From Candidatus Bathyarchaeia archaeon (GTDB lineage Archaea > Thermoproteota > Bathyarchaeia > 40CM-2-53-6), in contig JBEKFP010000002.1 in NCBI GenBank assembly GCA_050013255.1, forward strand, positions 384,001-448,000: 64,000 bases of DNA. Direction: 5' to 3'. Of the stretch, positions 58,601 through 64,000 are shown one piece after another. The translations under genes were made by a program, and so were the position numbers. The notes beneath the pieces are model-generated. The model ran no database searches and was not told where the DNA came from. It saw only the letters and a program-made list of their open reading frames with translations. Numbering within the stretch: the first letter of the stretch is position 1; every line of letters starts with the position of its first letter.

Positions 58601-59470
58601 TTATCGTGGTTCGGAGGCCACTGACAGCAAGTAGGCACGGTACTCTCCGACGTAGTTCTCGGCAAGCTTTGCTACCTGCTGAGCGTCAATGTAGCCCATG
58701 CGGTATGCAACCTCCTCCAGGCAGGCAACCTTCAAACCCTGTCGGTGCTCGATTGCGGCGAAATATTGTGCTGTCTCAAGCAGTGATTCCGCGGTGCCTG
58801 TGTCAAGCCAGGCGAATCCACGACCGAACTTCAAGAACTTCAGCCTACCTCGGCGAAGATACGCTCTGTTTACGTCTGTAATTTCAAGTTCACCTCGACC
58901 GGAAGGCTTCAAGCTCGCTGCGATGTCTAGCACTTCGTTATCATAGAAATACAGTCCCGTAATCGCATAGTTGGATTTCGGATGCTTTGGCTTCTCTTCA
59001 ATCCCAATCACCAGCCCATCACGATCAAACTCAGCAACGCCGTATCTTTCAGGATCCTTCACAGCATACCCGAATATTGTTGCTCCAGTGTTCTCAGCCA
59101 GCGCCTTTTGGAGGAAGCTGGAAAGACCTTGGCCATAGAAAATGTTGTCACCCAATATTAGTGCGACTGAATCCGCTCCAACAAAGTCACGCCCGATTGG
59201 GAAGGCTTGAGCGATTCCGCCAGACGTTGGTTGCTCTGCATAGGAGAACGATAGTCCAAGTTCTCTACCGTCTCCGAGCAACCTCCTGTACAATGGGACA
59301 TCTTGAGGCGTGCTAATCAGGAGGATGTCTCGGATCCCTGAAAGCATCAGGGTGCTAAGTGGATAGTAGACCATTGGCTTATCGTAGATTGGAAGCAGAT
59401 GCTTACTAATGATACGGGTCATCGGATAAAGGCGTGTGCCAAATCCACCTGCTAGGAGGATGCCTTTCAT
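58601..59470 (-). CDS. rfbA: Glucose-1-phosphate thymidylyltransferase
   Basis: [37 protein letters not shown]. Confidence 0.95.
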   Translation of the reverse strand: MKGILLAGGFGTRLYPMTRIISKHLLPIYDKPMVYYPLSTLMLSGIRDILLISTPQDVPLYRRLLGDGRELGLSFSYAEQPTSGGIAQAFPIGRDFVGADSVALILGDNIFYGQGLSSFLQKALAENTGATIFGYAVKDPERYGVAEFDRDGLVIGIEEKPKHPKSNYAITGLYFYDNEVLDIAASLKPSGRGELEITDVNRAYLRRGRLKFLKFGRGFAWLDTGTAESLLETAQYFAAIEHRQGLKVACLEEVAYRMGYIDAQQVAKLAENYVGEYRAYLLSVASEPR

Positions 59471-59731
59471 GCGTTCAACCTACTCGGCACGTTAGATCAG
59501 ATCTTCCGCCATTCTCATGATTACCAGGAGAACAATAACATTTGCGAAGACTGTCTAAACTCACGTTTTTCATGCTCTGAACTAAAAACAATTCGAAATT
59601 GCGAAGAAGGTGCACGTAAGAATCTTCGACGTCACTTACCCCCCTTGCGAATCTGTTAGACCTTCTTTACGTTGTTGTCCCCGCGATCGTTTCATTTGGC
59701 TTAAAATCTAGTCCGAATGTGAGGGGAGCGA

Positions 59732-59878
59732 TCGTGAAGCAAGTGAGGTTGCATATCGAACTCTTTCAAGTCGGCCAGTACCGCGGCCGCTAATTCCTGA
59801 GTACACAGGGAGAAGCACGTTACTAATCGCATTGGAAACGCCAAGAAGAACTCCAAAAGCATACAATGCGGCGTTATA
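59732..59878 (-). pseudogene. Isolated internal fragment of a flippase gene
   Basis: YNAALYAFGVLLGVSNAISNVLLPVYSGISGRG...ATSLASR aligns with YNAMLFAFSALAGISVSISNALLPVFSNMSSRG...ATRLASR of 47641-49260. Confidence 0.7.
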
Positions 59879-60167
59879 CCTGCCCTTCCAGTTTCCGCAG
59901 GCACTGCGTGGCCGGTCATTCGTGCGATTGCGATCATGTCGTCACCCAAATTCACCTAGCCCAACGAGCACTAATCACTGGGATATGGACCGCAGACTTC
60001 CAACTCACCTAAACCCCACATCAACAGAGAGATTTGCAGATTCATGGTATGGGATCTTGTTGCAAGATTGCGGTGCTAACACTAGGGCCCTACGCTGCCT
60101 ACGTGATAGGTAGGATAGAAAGACGATGTGAAGAGAAATCTTAGAGTTTCCATAAAGTCTCACCAGT

Positions 60168-61301
60168 TTATTGGTTGGAGTTATGATGCTTCGAACTCAG
60201 CGACAGGTACAACTGTTCCATACGGTCCGCAACCGAGTCCCAAGAATACATTCTGGTAACTCGATCCACCGCCTTAGTTCTGTATTTCTCTACGAGGCTA
60301 GGATCTGAAAGCAATTGCCGCATCTTGTCACTCAAGTCATACACGTCCTTATTCCTGAAGGATACTCCAGCATTCCCTATCGTTTCGAGGTTCTCGGGAA
60401 TGTCGCTACAGAGGACACAGTTGCCGAAACCCATCGCGGATAAGAGAGCCGGAGAAGTCCCTTCTAGTTCCGACGCTGTCACATACAGATAAGATCCTTT
60501 GAAGAGGTTCTCCACATCCTGGCCATACACGTATCCTAGAAAGCTCACATTATTTCCGGCCATTCTTCTTAGCGACTGCTCATAATCAGGGCTGTAAGGA
60601 TCTCGGCCCACAATGACCAGCTTGAATCCGAGCTGCTCACTAATTCCGTTGAACGCCAAAATCAGATAGTGGACGCCCTTTTCGGGGACCAGTCTGCCTA
60701 CGAATAGGAGAAATTTGTTTTTTTCAACTCCATACTTCTTGAGCACTTCAACGTCAGGCAATCGTCGCGAGGTATTTGCTCCGTTTGGAATGCAGAAGGT
60801 TCTGATTCTGTGCCTAGCTGAGTACCATCGTTGCACAGACAAGGAGTCTACAATAGTCACGTGTGATAAGTAAAGGGGGAGCCAAGAGGAGGCACGAAGA
60901 GCGGTGCGAACCCATTGCGGATAGCTTGCACGGTTCCATGTAAGACCGTCCAAGCCGATGATGATTTTCCTCCCAAGAATCCTAGGAAGCAACGTGAAGA
61001 TCGAGCTGTCGGTTCCAAAGTAGTGAAGAATCTCAAAATCTCGTCCTATTGCGTCGATTGTTGAAAGGGCGGACCGTAAGGGGAAGTCAAGGAATTTGTT
61101 CGAGATGCGAGGCACATTAATCAGGTTCACTCCATTGTACTTGGAGTATCTTGAGCTTGATTCGGCGCAGTAGACAGTGACCTCATGCCCTTTACTAGCC
61201 AATCTAGTGCTCACTTCTTCCACACATGTTTCGACTCCTCCGTATCGCGCTGGAATGCCCAACGTGTTCAGGTAGGCAATTTTCAGTCTCTTAGTAGACA
61301 T
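60168..61301 (-). CDS. Glycosyltransferase family 4
   Basis: GIPARYGGVE, FVGRLVPEKG, EGTSPALLSAMGFG. Confidence 0.9.
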   Translation of the reverse strand: MSTKRLKIAYLNTLGIPARYGGVETCVEEVSTRLASKGHEVTVYCAESSSRYSKYNGVNLINVPRISNKFLDFPLRSALSTIDAIGRDFEILHYFGTDSSIFTLLPRILGRKIIIGLDGLTWNRASYPQWVRTALRASSWLPLYLSHVTIVDSLSVQRWYSARHRIRTFCIPNGANTSRRLPDVEVLKKYGVEKNKFLLFVGRLVPEKGVHYLILAFNGISEQLGFKLVIVGRDPYSPDYEQSLRRMAGNNVSFLGYVYGQDVENLFKGSYLYVTASELEGTSPALLSAMGFGNCVLCSDIPENLETIGNAGVSFRNKDVYDLSDKMRQLLSDPSLVEKYRTKAVDRVTRMYSWDSVADRMEQLYLSLSSKHHNSNQ

Positions 61302-61549
61302 GGCCCAGCGCGCCTATCGATTAACCGAAAGAAGACCAATATGCACGATAAGGTTTGAACCATCCATTCAACTACGCCAGGAGCCCCCCCAGAGATCCAG
61401 CATTTTCGTAACCTTGATCATCTCATCAGCTATCTTCATACTTACACCTCTGGTGCCGGATAAGATATTAGCTGTCGTGCCCAATGCAATCCCGGAGACG
61501 TGATGAAGGTACTCGTTACGAGTGCTAGTCAATGTGTGACTGATCTCAC

Positions 61550-62479
61550 TTGAAAGTGTTGATAATTGGTGGATTCGGATTCATAGGAAAACACGTCCTA
61601 GAGAATATTCCAGATACGCACATGGTTGCAGTGTTCTCGGACCCAGCATCCGCCGAACAAAATCGAACCTTCGCTAAGGAGCATCGGCTCAAAGTCATAA
61701 CGGGAGACATCACCAACCCAAACCAAATAAACGAAACCTTCCGTGCACAGAATCCTGACGTAACAATACACCTGGCCGCATTAACGGGCTTAACCAAATG
61801 CGATCAGGATCCATCTCTCGCCTTCTCCACAAACGTCTTCGGCACATACAACATCATCATGGGCTGCATTGCAGCCAAATCGAAACTAGTTTTCATTTCT
61901 TCACGTGAAGTCTACGGAGAAGGCAACCCAACAGCGCGAACAACCGAAGAAACAGAACCCAGGCCCAACAATTTATACGGCACAACAAAAATGTTAGGCG
62001 AACAATTAGTTCAGTGGGCAAAGTCGAGGTTCGGCTTGAATTACACTATTCTCAGATTGACAAACGTCTATGGACCCGGAGGAGCGCAGTATAACATTCA
62101 AGCGATGATCAAGAGCGGCATGGAGCGAGCGCTTATTCCACTGTACGGCGGAAATCAACTAATGAATTTAGTATACGTCAACGACGTCGCCACAGTAATG
62201 ATAAACTGCTTAACTAATCCACGCACAACTAACGAAATAATCAACGTTGGATTCGATGAAGACATGACAGTGGAAGCAATCGTGAAAGAACTAATATCAC
62301 AACTGCATGTGCCCGTAAAGATTCAGATGATGCCCATGCGGGCAGGCGAAACTCTCAGTTTTCGACCAGACCTACAAAAGATGACTACTGTCTTCCCAGA
62401 CCTAGCGAAAACTTCCTTCCGAGAAGGAATACGGAAAACAATCTCAGAATATCATAACGGCACTCCCAAGAAGAATTAG
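61550..62479 (+). CDS. NAD-dependent epimerase/dehydratase
   Basis: GGFGFIG, HLAA, SSREVYG, YGTTK, NVYGPG. Confidence 0.9.
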   Translation: MKVLIIGGFGFIGKHVLENIPDTHMVAVFSDPASAEQNRTFAKEHRLKVITGDITNPNQINETFRAQNPDVTIHLAALTGLTKCDQDPSLAFSTNVFGTYNIIMGCIAAKSKLVFISSREVYGEGNPTARTTEETEPRPNNLYGTTKMLGEQLVQWAKSRFGLNYTILRLTNVYGPGGAQYNIQAMIKSGMERALIPLYGGNQLMNLVYVNDVATVMINCLTNPRTTNEIINVGFDEDMTVEAIVKELISQLHVPVKIQMMPMRAGETLSFRPDLQKMTTVFPDLAKTSFREGIRKTISEYHNGTPKKN

Positions 62480-62557
62480 CAACGAGATCCCGTGTGTAAC
62501 TAGGATTCTGGATATTGCGTTGCAGATGCTTTAAGACATGCTCATCGGTCTACGTTC

Positions 62558-62923
62558 ATGGAACGTGAGTGGAGGTTACTGCGATGCGTGACCGGAGTGA
62601 GCATCGCGATGGGATTACTTGTTGTCCTGAACCAACTCCGGATTCCCTTCTACCCATACTACCCACGCGTGACGCACACCGTGCTCCTATCAGACTCTTA
62701 CGACCTCTACTTCCTCTTGGCTGCAAGCGTTTGCGTCCCATGGACACTATTCTTGCTGCGAAAGTTACCGAAATCTGAGTTGGCTGGCAGTCTAGCTGTG
62801 TGGGCAGCTGGTGCGTGCCTGGCAAGTTTAGGCATACCCTATGGTGCTCCAATCCTTTACGCGGCAGTAATCTTCACTGCGCTACTGAACGTGATAGTCG
62901 TGGCTGTTTCTATTCGTTCTTGA
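62558..62923 (+). CDS. Hypothetical membrane protein (possibly truncated)
   Basis: 121-aa hydrophobic ORF. Confidence 0.45.
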   Translation: MEREWRLLRCVTGVSIAMGLLVVLNQLRIPFYPYYPRVTHTVLLSDSYDLYFLLAASVCVPWTLFLLRKLPKSELAGSLAVWAAGACLASLGIPYGAPILYAAVIFTALLNVIVVAVSIRS

Positions 62924-63099
62924 GCTGCCTTGAGTCAAAGATATGTTCGGTGAAGTGATCAAGGCGAAGTCTGGCGTCGATGGTGTGAGTCTAGCAATTT
63001 TGGTTATCGCCGGTTCACATATCTAAATACTTCCCGAATCGATGATCGCATCACGGAAGCGTTGCCCCAATTGCATATTCTGTATACCATCATTCCAGA

Positions 63100-63738
63100 T
63101 CATTGTGTAACTGGCTTGGGTTCGGCGTTTGTCATGTTGAACCAAACCTGCAACCAAGCTGTTCGGTTTTCGCCATCCGAGTTCCAGCCAAACCCCCATG
63201 CATTACTATCCGTTTGCCACGTCCAAAGTTCAATGATTAATCGGAAATTGTATCCATTTGTTGCCATCCAATCTGAAATCTGATATGTTTCATTGTTGAT
63301 CTCCAAATTTAGAATACGAGTGGATCCGCCTGCCAAAGTTGCATTCGATATGCTCCAAACGAACGGCATTTCCCATGTCTCGTTGTTCTGTAGGAATTTG
63401 GCAAAATCAGTAACAGTAGGTGCGGGCGATTCTAACCCTTTATCATCGGGTGGCTTAATGGTCATGTTACTGATCTTGATGCGAAGTGAGACAAGTTGCA
63501 CTGTGCCCATGTTGTCGGTGACACCAAGATACCACGTGACGGGTTCATCGATTCCTAGGTCAGGATCATTCCTCGGGTAATAGCGAGTGGCGGTGTGATT
63601 TGCGCCGAGGATGTAGATTTGGAAGAATTGTTCGCTTGGACGTGGTGTAGTACCGACATACACCATAAGTTCGCACACGATGAGTAGAATGATGAACACC
63701 GCGATCAGTGTTCGTCGATCTTGTGAAGTGGACTTCAT
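63100..63738 (-). CDS. DUF1616-like membrane-anchored protein
   Basis: N-terminal TM, EQFFQIYILG..YYP, RLIIELW, WLQVWFN. Confidence 0.7.
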   Translation of the reverse strand: MKSTSQDRRTLIAVFIILLIVCELMVYVGTTPRPSEQFFQIYILGANHTATRYYPRNDPDLGIDEPVTWYLGVTDNMGTVQLVSLRIKISNMTIKPPDDKGLESPAPTVTDFAKFLQNNETWEMPFVWSISNATLAGGSTRILNLEINNETYQISDWMATNGYNFRLIIELWTWQTDSNAWGFGWNSDGENRTAWLQVWFNMTNAEPKPVTQ

Positions 63739-64000
63739 TTGAGACTTAGCCTCATCTGAGACGTCCGTCTGATACGATACTTCTTACGGAGTGATATTAT
63801 GAATGCAAAGACAACGGTTCCGAGAAAGGCCGCTATTGCTCCGCTTACATAGGTTAGGGGTTTGTTCATGAAAGTGCGTTGGGAGGCGAGGGTGGTAAGG
63901 TCGATCGCTTGGTTCTGCACGGTCTTTAGAGTCTGATCCACTTGCGCAAGGAGCTCAGCCTGTTGCTCTGCTTCATTAGGTGCGTTTAATTTGAGAGCTT
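63735..64000 (-). CDS. Hypothetical membrane protein, 5' end beyond window edge
   Basis: Frame open to the edge; helical segment plus C-terminal TM; 4-nt overlap with the downstream gene. Confidence 0.6.
   Translation of the reverse strand, partial: ALKLNAPNEAEQQAELLAQVDQTLKTVQNQAIDLTTLASQRTFMNKPLTYVSGAIAAFLGTVVFAFIISLRKKYRIRRTSQMRLSLK

Noticed and set aside
1-64000. Many short antisense or overlapping ORFs in the track; tRNA and rRNA genes
   Set aside because: The short ORFs shadow well-supported genes and show no motifs. No cloverleaf or rRNA signature was seen by eye.

Overview
Archaeal chromosomal window (roughly 50% GC by eye). PolB2, split MetE, a PEF-CTERM protein, many VapBC pairs and frequent GTG/TTG starts suggest a TACK archaeon such as Bathyarchaeia; this taxonomy is inference. 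Left to right: a partial DNRLRE-type secreted protein; an oligopeptide ABC transporter; several membrane/secreted proteins; LarA-like, pyrE and a PolB2 + RadA-like pair; a B12/biotin acyl-CoA cluster (MeaB, two mutase large subunits, one B12-binding subunit, two thiolase/OB-fold pairs, split MetE + MetF, acyl-CoA carboxylase subunits, BirA); a ~10 kb repeat-rich toxin-antitoxin/IS-remnant hotspot; and a surface/glycosylation region (flippase, 1382-aa PEF-CTERM protein, dTDP-rhamnose genes, GT4). The main finding is in the mutase B12-binding subunit gene (23582-24022). An 18-nt, stop-containing insertion (23640-23657) sits inside the Asp codon of the cobalamin-binding DxHxxG motif and forms a canonical bulge-helix-bulge, so it is a candidate tRNA-type intron in a metabolic mRNA. 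No rRNA, tRNA or CRISPR array was recognised.
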